The notes beneath the pieces were generated by a model, which saw only the letters and a program-made list of their open reading frames with translations, ran no database searches and was not told where the DNA came from. The position numbers and the translations under genes were made by a program. 64,000 nt of DNA from Alphaproteobacteria bacterium (GTDB lineage: Bacteria > Pseudomonadota > Alphaproteobacteria > RF32 > CAG-239), in assembly GCA_017460085.1 (NCBI GenBank), contig JAFUBQ010000004.1, positions 39,991 through 103,990 on the forward strand, read 5' to 3'. Positions 1 to 10,390 of this stretch are shown here, one piece after another. Position 1 is the stretch's first letter. The number at the start of each line of letters is the position of its first letter.

Positions 1-514
1 CAAAGTTAATGCCGCTATCGGAGCCACCCATCTTATTGCCGATTTTAAGCCTGATTTAATTATTAACATTGGCATTTCCGGCGGATTAGATGCATCGCTT
101 AATATTGGAGATTTTGTATTAGGAACAAATATTACATATCATGATGTGTGGTGCGGCGAACCTTATCAGCACGGTCAAGTACAAGATATGCCGTTGATGT
201 ATCATTCTGATGATAAACTGGCAGCAAAATTAAATATGTTAAAACATGGATTATTATGTTGCGGCGACCAATTTATTACCTCTATAGATGAGTTGCAAAA
301 TATTAAGCAGCATTTTCCGCAAGCATTGGCTGTAGATATGGAAAGTGCCGCCATTGCTCACGTTTGTTTTTTACACCAAATTCCTTTTTTATGTGTGCGG
401 CAAATCAGTGACACTCCTGGAAGCGAGCACCATGCTGAGCAATATGCCTCATTTTGGGATAATGCCCCAAAAAACAGCGTTAAACTACTGGAACAAATAT
501 TATCAATAATCTAG
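1..514 (+). CDS. mtnN: 5'-methylthioadenosine/S-adenosylhomocysteine nucleosidase, 5'-truncated by the window edge
   Basis: The frame is open from position 1 ('KVNAAIGATHLIADFKPDLIINIGISGGL...') and continues into the 146..514 ORF. The 'AVDMESAAIAHVC' motif near the end is typical of Pfs/MtnN. Confidence 0.7.
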   Translation, partial: KVNAAIGATHLIADFKPDLIINIGISGGLDASLNIGDFVLGTNITYHDVWCGEPYQHGQVQDMPLMYHSDDKLAAKLNMLKHGLLCCGDQFITSIDELQNIKQHFPQALAVDMESAAIAHVCFLHQIPFLCVRQISDTPGSEHHAEQYASFWDNAPKNSVKLLEQILSII

Positions 515-516
515 CT

Positions 517-2100
517 TTATAAAGAATTTTGCTTTTGAACACGCTCTGAAATTAAAGTAGCATTTTGTTGCCGAGATTGCTCCTCTTTTTGCCTATCATC
601 ACGCAATTTTTGACGTTCACTATCGGTTAAAATATGCATACGTAAACGCTCATCATCAGTTTTATTTCGCTGTGTACGCTCAGTTTCTTGACGATTAGTT
701 CTGTCTTTTGCCACTTCTCTAAACTTAACTTTTTGAACATCATCTGCATAAATTCGATTTTTCAACTTATCTTCCGCTTGAGTTTTTTGCATACGCAAAT
801 TATTTTCTTCCACTTGCTTTTTAGGAACCTTAGGATAAATTGTGCGCAAATTATGATGCCACTGGAAATATACTAAAAACACTGAAGGAAAAGCGGCTAT
901 CAATGTTTGGTCCATGGTTCGCGGTTGTGTCAATTCAAAAGCACGTTTTAACAAAATTTTCCGTGTTTCTTCAATAAATTGCTCCATTTTTTCTTTAGAA
1001 TGATTCGGTCTGCCCAAACGATATTCGCACATTTCAATCAGTTGGTTAATAATCGGATCACTATTATCCATAGCCAAACGGCGCAAAATTTTCAGCATAC
1101 TTTGCATATTTGCGCTTTTATTCCAAAAAGACTGAATAGCACGCGCTTCAATGCTATCAAAACCAAAATAGCGCAGCTTATCAGTATTGCCAACATTTTT
1201 AATAGCATCAAACACAAAAGCATAAAGCATTAGCCAATTAATTGAACCATCTGCATTAAAAAGCTTTTTATATTCACCTTCTTTTAATTTTTCCAAAGCA
1301 TAATGCACTACCGGATAGTCAATATTCTGAATAGCTTCACCTTGTAATAATAAATAAATTTGTGATGTAGAGCTGTCTAAAATAAATTGTTCGGCAGTTA
1401 AAACTTCATGGGTTTGCACCGCTTTCAAATAAAGATACACATAGGCAAATACGCTGGAATGAATAGCGCGCAACGAACCTATATTTTGCAGAGTAAGTTT
1501 ATATTTATCACGATATGTAATAAGTCGGCGCAATCGTTCTTCACCGCTGAAATTATTTTTAATTAACTGATAACGATATCCAAATTTGCGCATAGCCTCC
1601 GGATACATATATTTAAAATGCATAGCCATTGCCCATTCACGCACCATAGAATAAATTGAAAACAGCGGATTACGGGCATAACCGATCATAACAGTTGCAA
1701 TAACGGCATCTTCACCCACAAAAAACGGTTCCATATGCGAACAATAAGCATTTTTACGAAATTCGGTATCTAAAGCAAAAACATAGCGTTCAATTTCTTC
1801 ATCATCAACATCATAAGGTCTGAATAAGTCTTCAACAGTTGCGCTCAAATACCGAAAATCCGCCCTTGGCACCACATTGTTGCCATCGGTAACATAACCT
1901 TTTTGATATTCATCGGAATATATATTGCAAAAAACATTCTTATCATCATTAAAAAACAGTGTAAAATCTGCCAAATCATCATCCACAAATTCTTTCACCT
2001 TATCAACATAGCCAGGCTCATAAACAGCTGTTTCCAAAAAATGTATTGCATCTTGTGTCAGCTCTTCTTCGGAATATGTCAAATCAGCAAACTTAATCAT
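517..2100 (-). CDS. Hypothetical protein (527 aa), aromatic-rich core with a highly charged Arg/Glu/Gln-rich C-terminal tail; no family recognised
   Basis: Long uninterrupted ORF packed between mtnN and cspA. The C-terminal ~100 aa ('RQETERTQRNKTDDERLRMHILTDSERQKLRDDRQKEEQSRQQN') look coiled-coil or disordered. Confidence 0.6.
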   Translation of the reverse strand: MIKFADLTYSEEELTQDAIHFLETAVYEPGYVDKVKEFVDDDLADFTLFFNDDKNVFCNIYSDEYQKGYVTDGNNVVPRADFRYLSATVEDLFRPYDVDDEEIERYVFALDTEFRKNAYCSHMEPFFVGEDAVIATVMIGYARNPLFSIYSMVREWAMAMHFKYMYPEAMRKFGYRYQLIKNNFSGEERLRRLITYRDKYKLTLQNIGSLRAIHSSVFAYVYLYLKAVQTHEVLTAEQFILDSSTSQIYLLLQGEAIQNIDYPVVHYALEKLKEGEYKKLFNADGSINWLMLYAFVFDAIKNVGNTDKLRYFGFDSIEARAIQSFWNKSANMQSMLKILRRLAMDNSDPIINQLIEMCEYRLGRPNHSKEKMEQFIEETRKILLKRAFELTQPRTMDQTLIAAFPSVFLVYFQWHHNLRTIYPKVPKKQVEENNLRMQKTQAEDKLKNRIYADDVQKVKFREVAKDRTNRQETERTQRNKTDDERLRMHILTDSERQKLRDDRQKEEQSRQQNATLISERVQKQNSL

Positions 2101-2250
2101 CAGTTTCTACCCCGTTTATATTGATATATTAGTCCTTAAAAATTAAAACTGTCAAGCTTTTTAATAAATAATAATTTAATAAAAACAAATACACCGCAAA
2201 AGAATGGCGGTGCATAACGTTCAATAAAATAGAAACAATGGTTTATAATC

Positions 2251-2454
2251 TTACAAAAGTACAATATCTCCGGCAGCAATCCGACCTCGGTCATCATATG
2301 TTTCATAACTAACATGCTGTCCTTCAGACAAACGACGAATACCTTTTTCTTCCAACTTGGTGATATGCACAAAAACATCTTTACCACCGTTAGCAGGTTG
2401 AATAAATCCGTATCCTTTACGAGTATTAAACCATTTTACAGTTCCAGTTGACAT
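2251..2454 (-). CDS. cspA: Cold-shock protein CspA family
   Basis: 67 aa with 'VKWFNTRKGYGFIQP' (RNP1) and 'VFVHI' (RNP2) motifs. A long structured 5' leader is typical. Confidence 0.9.
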   Translation of the reverse strand: MSTGTVKWFNTRKGYGFIQPANGGKDVFVHITKLEEKGIRRLSEGQHVSYETYDDRGRIAAGDIVLL

Positions 2455-2577
2455 TATACATTCTCCTTAATTAGCTCAATTTAATATACGGCAGACATCT
2501 CCGTCTGCCATAAATAGTATTACACTCTTAAAAATATAATGTCAAGAAAAATATCAATTATTAGTATATATAATCCA

Positions 2578-2946
2578 TTATTTAATATTGGCTGATTTCA
2601 GTTCATTTATTGCATTTTGCAGATAATTTCTATCTTCCTGTGAACGTTTATTTACCGCATTATAATTTTGTAAAATTGTTAAAATATCAGCTGATAATTT
2701 ATTTTCATTAAGTGCTATTTGTTCCAAATAAAACACAGCTGCCTTAAAAATTTCTGATTTTTGATGTTCTAGCTGCTTGGCAATTTCTGTATATGTTGAC
2801 GAAGATATACTTTCATCATCGCACGTTTGCTCCAAATATTTCTTCTGAATTATGCGCGCTTTCGACGGTTTAAGATTTTTTACCTTTTTACTTTCCTCAT
2901 TCTTAAACACCATATTTATCATATTTTTAATCAATGATTTACTCAT
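2578..2946 (-). CDS. Hypothetical small protein (122 aa), possible regulatory or HTH-like
   Basis: ORF with plausible codon usage, arranged divergently from the 3052..3336 gene. No motif recognised. Confidence 0.45.
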   Translation of the reverse strand: MSKSLIKNMINMVFKNEESKKVKNLKPSKARIIQKKYLEQTCDDESISSSTYTEIAKQLEHQKSEIFKAAVFYLEQIALNENKLSADILTILQNYNAVNKRSQEDRNYLQNAINELKSANIK

Positions 2947-3051
2947 CTTTAATCTCCTTGTCTTTTAATTTAACACATAAAAATTAAAAGTGAAGATATA
3001 ATTTATATAAAAAAAGAAAACAGGCTGCGGTAAAAGTCCGTACCGAAAATT

Positions 3052-3336
3052 ATGAAAAAGATTTTAACTCACGCGGCAGCGCTAATTCTGTTCAGCGTCG
3101 CTGCTTTGGCTTCCATGTATTGCGTGGTTCAGCCTAATGAAACATTAGCTACCGCAACGGTAGCGCTTGTCTGTTTAGCACTCATCTATGCTCTAGAGTA
3201 TAATGTGTTGCCAGCAAATACCCCAAAAGCCGATAAGGCACGCACTGCCGGCATTTTGGTAATAATGAGCGTTGTCGCCATTGCCATGTTCATCGCCGCA
3301 AATGTTGCGCTTCATTGGTTAGCAATGAATCTATAA
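3052..3336 (+). CDS. Small integral membrane protein (94 aa, about 3 TM helices)
   Basis: Three hydrophobic stretches with a signal-like N-terminus. An RBS-like 'aaaagtccgtaccgaaaattATG' precedes the start. Confidence 0.5.
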   Translation: MKKILTHAAALILFSVAALASMYCVVQPNETLATATVALVCLALIYALEYNVLPANTPKADKARTAGILVIMSVVAIAMFIAANVALHWLAMNL

Positions 3337-3337
3337 A

Positions 3338-3393
3338 CAAAAAAAGAGCCTGAAAAATCTGCCATTTGGTAAAATTTTCAAGGCTCTTTTTTT
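3338..3393. terminator. Bidirectional rho-independent terminator between the small membrane gene (+) and mutL (-)
   Basis: 'aaaaaaagagcct...aggctcttttttt' inverted repeat with A/T runs on both sides. Confidence 0.6.
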
Positions 3394-3405
3394 ATAAAAT
3401 CTACA

Positions 3406-5304
3406 TTAACGGCGCTCAAATAGCTTTTCAATATCCTCTATTTTAACTTTAATATACGTCGGCCGGCCGTGATTACATTGTCCGGAATGCGGCGTTTTTT
3501 CCATATCGCGCAGCAAGCGATTCATCTCCTCAATATTTAGCGTACGCCCTGCCCGCACCGAACCATGACATGCCATTGTAGCACAAAGATGATGAATTTT
3601 ATCTTGTAAAGCAAATGTATTGTCCCATTCCGCCGCTTGCGCCGCTAAATCTCTGACCAGTTTTTTAACATCTGTTTCGCCCAAAATTGCCGGCACTTCG
3701 CGCACCAAAACCGCCGTTGTTCCAAATGCTTCAAACACCAACCCCAAGGCTTTGATTTGTTCCGCATTTTCCAATAGTGCCGCTGCTTCCGTTTGGCTTA
3801 AATCGACCACTTCCGGCAACAAAAGCATCTGTGTCGGCTGCTGTTTATGTTCGGCCATACTTTGCAGCATTTTTTCCATAGTAATACGTTCATGCGCCGC
3901 ATGCTGGTCCACAATCACCAAACTATCAGCCGTTTGCGCAATAATATATGTATTATGAAATTGTGCTTTTGCTAAACCAAGCTCTCCAACTTCTGCTTCC
4001 GCCAAAGTTTTTTCCAACGGCGCATCTGCCACTTTAACCGAGTACATATGCTCCAAATGCGGAATATCTGCCGTTTTAGCTCCGCCTTTGCCGCGCATAA
4101 CAGAAAAATTTCTTGGCATCGGTACATCAATTTGCGGTGAATGAAAAGCCATTTCCGGCACCGGCATATATTTCGGCATCGGCTGAAACATATCTTCCAC
4201 ATTTTTAACTTCGCCAATATCCATAGTGTTCCGCAAAGAATTCGCCGGCGGTTCAATATTTTGCGCTAATAAATGTTCTAATGCATCGGTTTGCGCACTT
4301 TTTTGCCCACCAAAACTCAAAGCATTGCGAATGGCGCTAACCAATAACCCACGCACCGCCCCATTATCATAAAAACGCACTTCTGCTTTGGTCGGATGCA
4401 CATTAACATCAACATACATCGGGTTAACTTGAATAAATATCACACAAACCGGATAGCGTCCCGCCATCATCATATCCTGATATGCGCCTTTAATTGCGCC
4501 CAAAAGCAATTTATCGCGCACCGGACGATTATTCACAAATAAAAATTCTGATAATGAATTGGCTTTATGATATGTCGGCAAACTGACAACACCGCTGATT
4601 TGGCAAAATTCATTCTCCGCCGTAATCGGCACAGAATTTTCCGCAAATTCATTCCCTAAAACATCAAAAATACGCTTTTGTCTGGCATCAAACAACTCTC
4701 CCTGACAAGCGTTCAAAGCCACCTTCTTTTTGCCGTCACTATACAAATAAAAGGAAATCTGCGGATTTGCCAATGCAATGCGCTGTAGCATATCCACGCA
4801 TTGTCCAGCTTCTGCACTTTCGGTTTTCAAAAACTTCAATCGCGCCGGTGTGCAATAAAACAAATCGCGCACTTCCATACGCGTGCCTGTTGCCAAAGCC
4901 ACAGGTTGCACCTGCCCTTTCTGCCCGCCGTTAATGCAAATTTGCCAGCCGTTTTCCGCATCTTTCTGCTTAGAAGAAATGCTTAATTTTGCCACCGAAG
5001 CAATAGAGGGCAAAGCCTCTCCGCGAAACCCCAAAAAACTGATATTAAATAAGTCATCATCAGGCAATTTTGAGGTTGCATGCCGCTCCACCGCCAAAGG
5101 TAATTCTTCCGCCGACATTCCGCACCCGTCATCATTAACAATAAGCAAATTTTTACCGCCGCCGCCAAGGGTAACCTCAATTTTTTTGGCACCGGCATCA
5201 ATGGCATTTTCCACCAATTCTTTCACCACCGAAGCCGGCCGTTCAATAACTTCGCCGGCCGCTATCTGATTTATTAAATTTGAAGGTAAAACGCGAATTG
5301 TCAT
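3406..5304 (-). CDS. mutL: DNA mismatch repair protein MutL
   Basis: N-terminal 'IRVLPSNLINQIAAGEVIERPASVVKELVENAIDAG' GHKL ATPase motif, at about 630 aa. The likely start is the Met before IRVLP rather than the upstream Met in the ORF track. Confidence 0.9.
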   Translation of the reverse strand: MTIRVLPSNLINQIAAGEVIERPASVVKELVENAIDAGAKKIEVTLGGGGKNLLIVNDDGCGMSAEELPLAVERHATSKLPDDDLFNISFLGFRGEALPSIASVAKLSISSKQKDAENGWQICINGGQKGQVQPVALATGTRMEVRDLFYCTPARLKFLKTESAEAGQCVDMLQRIALANPQISFYLYSDGKKKVALNACQGELFDARQKRIFDVLGNEFAENSVPITAENEFCQISGVVSLPTYHKANSLSEFLFVNNRPVRDKLLLGAIKGAYQDMMMAGRYPVCVIFIQVNPMYVDVNVHPTKAEVRFYDNGAVRGLLVSAIRNALSFGGQKSAQTDALEHLLAQNIEPPANSLRNTMDIGEVKNVEDMFQPMPKYMPVPEMAFHSPQIDVPMPRNFSVMRGKGGAKTADIPHLEHMYSVKVADAPLEKTLAEAEVGELGLAKAQFHNTYIIAQTADSLVIVDQHAAHERITMEKMLQSMAEHKQQPTQMLLLPEVVDLSQTEAAALLENAEQIKALGLVFEAFGTTAVLVREVPAILGETDVKKLVRDLAAQAAEWDNTFALQDKIHHLCATMACHGSVRAGRTLNIEEMNRLLRDMEKTPHSGQCNHGRPTYIKVKIEDIEKLFERR

Positions 5305-5316
5305 GAATAACACCTT

Positions 5317-6957
5317 CTATTTACGCATTTTTTTAATATAATTAATCAAATTTGTGGTTGAACTGTCATGCTCCACTCCAAACGCTGTTCCTTCAATTTC
5401 CGGCAAAATATTCAGCGCCAGCTGTTTGCCTAATTCCACTCCAAATTGGTCAAACGAATTGATATTCCAAATAACCCCTTGAACAAAAACTTTATGCTCA
5501 TACATTGCCACCAGCATACCCAGCGCATACGGGTCTATTTTTTTGAACACAATCGTGTTTGACGGCCGATTGCCGCTGAAAGTTTTATACTTTTTCAAGC
5601 GATTGATTTCCGCTTTACTCTTACCAGCCTTTTCAAGCTCCAAAGCAGCTTCTGCCTCGGTTTTTCCGTGCATCAAAGCCTCACCTTGCGCCAAAATATT
5701 AGAGAGCAAAATTTGATGATGATTACCAATTTCATTATGCGAAATTGCCGGCACAATAAAATCTGTCGGCACCATTTCCGTGCCTTGATGCAGAAGCTGG
5801 AAAAACGAATGTTGCACATTGGTTCCCGCCCCTCCGAATAAGGCCGGTCCGGTGGCATAATCCACAAATTTATTATCCAAAGTCACAGATTTACCGTTGC
5901 TTTCCATATCAAGCTGCTGCAAATAGCTTGGCAAATATTGCAAATATTGGTCATACGGAATCACCGCGTAACGATGCACACCATAAAAATCATTATACCA
6001 AATACCAATAAGCGCCAAAATGACCGGAATATTATGTTCAAAATCAGTTTCAGCAAAATGCTTATCCATAGCATATGCCCCTTCCAACATACGCTCAAAA
6101 TTTTTGTAGCCTACAGCAATGGCAATAATCAAACCGATAGCCGACCACATGGAATAACGCCCACCGACAAAGTCCCAAAATTCAAACATATTTTCCGCAT
6201 CAATGCCAAATTTTTCCACTTCAGCTTTATTGGTTGAAAGCGCCACAAAATGTTTTGCCACCGCATGTTCGCCTAAGGCATCTACCAACCAATGACGGCA
6301 AGTTTTGGCATTAGTCAGCGTTTCAATGGTGGTAAATGTTTTTGATGCCACAATAAACAGCGTTGTTTCAGGGTCTAACCGATTAAGAACTTCGGCACAC
6401 GCCGTACCGTCAATATTAGAAATAAAATAGCATTTAATATCCTTCGCCCAATAAGGCTTCAGCGCTTCCACCGCCATAAACGGCCCTAAATCAGAACCGC
6501 CGATACCTATATTCACAATGTTTGTCAGTTTTTTGCCGGTATAGCCCACAAATTTTCCCAACCGCACCGCTTCGGAAAAATCTCGTATTTTCTCTAAAAC
6601 AGCCTTAATTTGCGGCATCACATCGCGCCCATCAACATAAATCGGCGCATCATCTTGCTTGCGCAGCGCAATATGTAGAACCGCTCTGTTTTCTGTTTGA
6701 TTAATTTTTTCTCCCTTAAACATTGCTTTAATTTTTTCTGCCAAACCACGCTCGCGTGCCAGCGCAAACAACGCCTGCATAATTTTATCATCAACACGGT
6801 TTTTAGAATAGTCAACCAGCATATTATCCAACTGCAGCGAATATTTTTCCGCCCGCAAGCGGTCCGCCGCAAATAAATCGCGCATTTCCACCTTGCAATA
6901 ATGTTTATGCAATGTTTTCAAACACTTCCACGCTTTTGATTTTTGCTTTCCGAACAT
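5317..6957 (-). CDS. pgi: Glucose-6-phosphate isomerase
   Basis: 546 aa with 'IGIGGSDLGP' and 'FDQFGVELGK' PGI signatures. Confidence 0.9.
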   Translation of the reverse strand: MFGKQKSKAWKCLKTLHKHYCKVEMRDLFAADRLRAEKYSLQLDNMLVDYSKNRVDDKIMQALFALARERGLAEKIKAMFKGEKINQTENRAVLHIALRKQDDAPIYVDGRDVMPQIKAVLEKIRDFSEAVRLGKFVGYTGKKLTNIVNIGIGGSDLGPFMAVEALKPYWAKDIKCYFISNIDGTACAEVLNRLDPETTLFIVASKTFTTIETLTNAKTCRHWLVDALGEHAVAKHFVALSTNKAEVEKFGIDAENMFEFWDFVGGRYSMWSAIGLIIAIAVGYKNFERMLEGAYAMDKHFAETDFEHNIPVILALIGIWYNDFYGVHRYAVIPYDQYLQYLPSYLQQLDMESNGKSVTLDNKFVDYATGPALFGGAGTNVQHSFFQLLHQGTEMVPTDFIVPAISHNEIGNHHQILLSNILAQGEALMHGKTEAEAALELEKAGKSKAEINRLKKYKTFSGNRPSNTIVFKKIDPYALGMLVAMYEHKVFVQGVIWNINSFDQFGVELGKQLALNILPEIEGTAFGVEHDSSTTNLINYIKKMRK

Positions 6958-8378
6958 TAATTTTTCTCCTCATTTTCTAAAATACCGATATACATTAAAT
7001 CCGGCACTTGATTAAAATATTTTTTAGCAGCGGCATTAGCCTCATGCAATGTAACCTCTTTAATGTAATCATTACGTTTTTGCAAAAAATCTATTCCCAA
7101 ATCATAAACCTGCATTGCCAACAACATATCGGCAATACCTTCTGTTGAAGCAAACCGCAAATTATATGCTTCAATCAAAGCTTTTTTGGCTTGGGATAAT
7201 TCTTCTTCGCTAACGCCTTCTAAACCTAAACGTTGCCACTCTTGCCGCAACAGTTCTATGGCACGGGCAAAATTATCCGGTGTGGCTGAAAATCCGCCGG
7301 CAATCAAAGCGGCAGACCGATTAATCATCAAATATGTATAAACACCGTAAGTTAACCCCTCTTTTTCACGAATCTTTTGATTTAAACGAGAGGTTAAACC
7401 CGATTCGCCAAATATATAGTTAACCAAATACAATGGATAAAAGTCTACGCTGTTGCGAAAAGTTCCCTGCACCGCAAATTTTGCCACCACCTGTGCTGAA
7501 TTACGCATTATAGCTTGCTGTTCTCCGGTTGTTTCAATGCTCAGCGCCGCCAATTTTTCAGTTGATGCTTGCGGCGGCAAATCGGCAAACAATTGTGCTA
7601 AAAGCTGCTGAGCTTCATCTGTCGTCAAATCACCGGCCATACCAACCAGCAAATTGTTCTGTGCCAACATTTTTTGCCGATATTCATCTAAATCAGCCGC
7701 TTCTATAGCTAAAACATCTTGCTTTGTTCCCAAAATATCGCGCTCATAAGGATGTCCGGCAAAAATAAACTTCTTAAATCCTGTCGCTAAAACCTGCTCC
7801 GGCCGTTCTTGCTGTGCCTGCAAAGCTAAAAGCTGCTGTTTTTTCACCAGTGCCAAATAGGTTTCATCAAAACGCGGGGTATAAAGTGCAGCTTTAAACA
7901 TTTCAACAGCTTTAGCGGTAAATTCTTTCGGAAACTGCAATGTGCCGCTGAAATTATCTGCCGAAACCGAAAAATCAATTTTAATACCGTGTTCCGCACA
8001 TACGTTCTTAAATTCTTTGGCATCATATTCACCGCCGCCGGCCGTCAGCATTTCTGTCAGCATCAAGGCTAAACCAAACTTATTTTCCGGCTCATACGCT
8101 GTTCCGGCATTTTGAAAAGCAAAACTAATACTAACAATCGGATTAGTATGTTCCTCTAATAAATAGGCTCTAACATCACCGCTTTTAATTTCTTTAACTT
8201 CAGCCTGAAATGTTCTGTCTTTCAACACCGAATTTGCTAAAATTTCATCTATCGGCAAATATTCAAACCGTGCATATATCTTCGGTGCATAATAAAAAAT
8301 TCCGCCCACCAGCGCAAACGCCAAAACAATCCGCCAAACATAATATCCTATAGTTCTGTGTTGTCTTCTTCGTGTCAT
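6957..8378 (-). CDS. M16 family zinc peptidase, probable non-catalytic partner subunit (no HxxEH)
   Basis: 473 aa with an N-terminal TM and a pitrilysin-like fold. It is translationally coupled to the upstream M16 gene by a 4-bp overlap. Confidence 0.75.
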   Translation of the reverse strand: MTRRRQHRTIGYYVWRIVLAFALVGGIFYYAPKIYARFEYLPIDEILANSVLKDRTFQAEVKEIKSGDVRAYLLEEHTNPIVSISFAFQNAGTAYEPENKFGLALMLTEMLTAGGGEYDAKEFKNVCAEHGIKIDFSVSADNFSGTLQFPKEFTAKAVEMFKAALYTPRFDETYLALVKKQQLLALQAQQERPEQVLATGFKKFIFAGHPYERDILGTKQDVLAIEAADLDEYRQKMLAQNNLLVGMAGDLTTDEAQQLLAQLFADLPPQASTEKLAALSIETTGEQQAIMRNSAQVVAKFAVQGTFRNSVDFYPLYLVNYIFGESGLTSRLNQKIREKEGLTYGVYTYLMINRSAALIAGGFSATPDNFARAIELLRQEWQRLGLEGVSEEELSQAKKALIEAYNLRFASTEGIADMLLAMQVYDLGIDFLQKRNDYIKEVTLHEANAAAKKYFNQVPDLMYIGILENEEKN

Positions 8379-9709
8379 TGCGCTGTCTCCGTTGTTTCTT
8401 GCGGCTTCAATAAACCGTCAACACGCGGTGCCGCCAAAAGTTGGTCATATGCCTCTTTCACACCGTCCAAACTCACACCTTGAATGCCTTCAACAAAATT
8501 TTCAACTTCAGCTAATGTCAGCCCCACCGCCAACGAATATCCAACCCAATATGCCGCATCTTCCGGATTATCGTTCACATAAACCAAATCTGCTATCATT
8601 TTGCGTTTAACTTTTTCCAATTCCTCCGCCGTCAAGTTGTGCATTGCCTGCGCCACGGCATCGTCAAAAATTTGCTTAAACCACGCCCAATTAAAATTTT
8701 CTTCTTCGTTCGGCCGTGCTGAAAAACTAAACACACAATTGCCGCGCGATAAATAATAAAAATCAGCCGCCACACTCACCGCTGCCTGCTGTTCAACCAC
8801 AAGGTCCTGATACAAAGCAGAAGTTTCGCCGCCGCCTAAATATTCTGCCAAAACCATATAATCAAAATAGCTTCCAACTAAATCTTTACGCGGCGGAAGC
8901 AAAAATTTTTGCACTGTTTTGGTGGTTTTAATGTTCGGCAAAGCCATTTCAAGCGTGCTTTTAAAAACTTCGGTCTGCGCCTTTGGTTCTGCACGTTCAA
9001 TTTCCGCTGCTGGCAGTTTACCATAATATTTTTCTGCCAACATGTGCGCTAAGTCTGGTTCAATATCCCCCGAAAGCACCAAAAAAGCATTGTTCGGCGC
9101 ATAATATTGCGCATAAAAATCACGTGCATCATTAAACGTCAGTGCCATAATTTCATCATTTTGACCGGTAATCGGCTGCCCATACGGCGAATTGCCCCGC
9201 AAAAGCAAATTCAGTCGTTCATTAAACGGCGCTGCCGGATTATTTTCCACCACCTGCTGACGTTCCTGATACACAATTTTCTGCTCGGCGGCGAAGTCTT
9301 CCGCATCAAAAGCCAAATTGCGCATACGGTCAGCCTCCATCGCCATCAACGCTTCAAGTTTATTAACATCAGCCAACTGATGATAAACCGTCACATCAAA
9401 ACTGGTAAAAGCATTATGTTCAGCGCCCATCTCGTCCATCTGCCGATTAAATTCATCTTTTTTCATCAGCTTAGTGCCGCGGAACATTAGATGCTCCAGC
9501 AAATGAGCCACCCCGCCTTTGCCGCGAATTTCATCAACCGCACCGGCTTTATACCACACCATATGCTTAATAAGCGGCGCTTTATGATTTTCAATCACCA
9601 CCACCGGCATACCGTTGCTCAAATTAAATTCCGTTGCCTTAAACAACCGGGCATATGCAGGAAATACTGCTGTCAGACACAGTGTAAAAAACAGCACAAA
9701 ACGTTTCAT
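8375..9709 (-). CDS. M16 family zinc peptidase, catalytic subunit (PqqL/insulinase-like)
   Basis: Signal peptide plus the inverted zincin motif 'HLLEHLMFRGT' and a downstream 'E' in the NAFTS region. Confidence 0.85.
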   Translation of the reverse strand: MKRFVLFFTLCLTAVFPAYARLFKATEFNLSNGMPVVVIENHKAPLIKHMVWYKAGAVDEIRGKGGVAHLLEHLMFRGTKLMKKDEFNRQMDEMGAEHNAFTSFDVTVYHQLADVNKLEALMAMEADRMRNLAFDAEDFAAEQKIVYQERQQVVENNPAAPFNERLNLLLRGNSPYGQPITGQNDEIMALTFNDARDFYAQYYAPNNAFLVLSGDIEPDLAHMLAEKYYGKLPAAEIERAEPKAQTEVFKSTLEMALPNIKTTKTVQKFLLPPRKDLVGSYFDYMVLAEYLGGGETSALYQDLVVEQQAAVSVAADFYYLSRGNCVFSFSARPNEEENFNWAWFKQIFDDAVAQAMHNLTAEELEKVKRKMIADLVYVNDNPEDAAYWVGYSLAVGLTLAEVENFVEGIQGVSLDGVKEAYDQLLAAPRVDGLLKPQETTETAQ

Positions 9710-9715
9710 GTTTAA

Positions 9716-9922
9716 CTATTCTTCCGTTGCGGTATCTTCTTCCGAATACGGCACAGCATTTGTCGGACGAACACTATATTCCGGCGGCAAAATCAACGGA
9801 TTATTTACCTTAACATTTGTTTCATTCGGTCCACGATGTTCTAAGCCCAAATCCTTCTTTGTCCACCCGCAGGAACTTAACAACAAAACCAACAAAACTG
9901 CAACAATACCGATATTTTTCAT
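9716..9922 (-). CDS. Small lipoprotein (68 aa)
   Basis: Signal peptide with the lipobox 'LLSSC'. It lies immediately downstream of lspA with no gap. Confidence 0.5.
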   Translation of the reverse strand: MKNIGIVAVLLVLLLSSCGWTKKDLGLEHRGPNETNVKVNNPLILPPEYSVRPTNAVPYSEEDTATEE

Positions 9923-10390
9923 TTATCCTCCAATCTTTTTTTTCTGATTAAATATTTCTAAAAAAATCAAAATACAAGCCCCAATGCAAATAAACGCATC
10001 AGCTAAATTAAACGCCGGCCAATGATATTGACCATAATGAAAGTCCAAAAAGTCAAGCACAGCACCAAAACGCACACGGTCAATCACATTACCGATTGCT
10101 CCGCCCACAATCAGCCCTAAAGCCGCTATTTTTATACGATTCGTTTCGCGCCACATCCAGTGCAGCAAAAACAAACACACTGCTAATGCAACAACGCTTA
10201 AAACAACAACTCCCGCATTGCCGTGGTGACTGAACATTGAAAAACTAATACCGCTGTTCCACACTTTTACCGTATTATAAAAATCACCAAATGCCGCAAC
10301 GCTCCCCGTCATAATATGACCATCAATCCACCATTTACTCAACTGGTCGGCGGCAACAGCAAACAAAATAACGGTCATACCTAATAACAA
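9923..10390 (-). CDS. lspA: Lipoprotein signal peptidase II
   Basis: 155 aa, four TM helices, 'NTGISFS' and 'IDRVRFGAVLDFLDF' LspA motifs. Confidence 0.85.
   Translation of the reverse strand: MLLGMTVILFAVAADQLSKWWIDGHIMTGSVAAFGDFYNTVKVWNSGISFSMFSHHGNAGVVVLSVVALAVCLFLLHWMWRETNRIKIAALGLIVGGAIGNVIDRVRFGAVLDFLDFHYGQYHWPAFNLADAFICIGACILIFLEIFNQKKKIGG

Noticed and set aside
3620-5269. Antisense or alternative-frame ORFs inside mutL (3620..3958, 3972..4256, 4801..5269). The same pattern appears in gyrA, mfd, lepA, comEC and other long genes, for example 21014..22732, 58187..59036, 51114..51661 and 38870..39886.
   Set aside because: They are embedded within confidently identified long conserved genes, on the opposite strand or in another frame, with atypical amino-acid composition. 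They are shadow ORFs.
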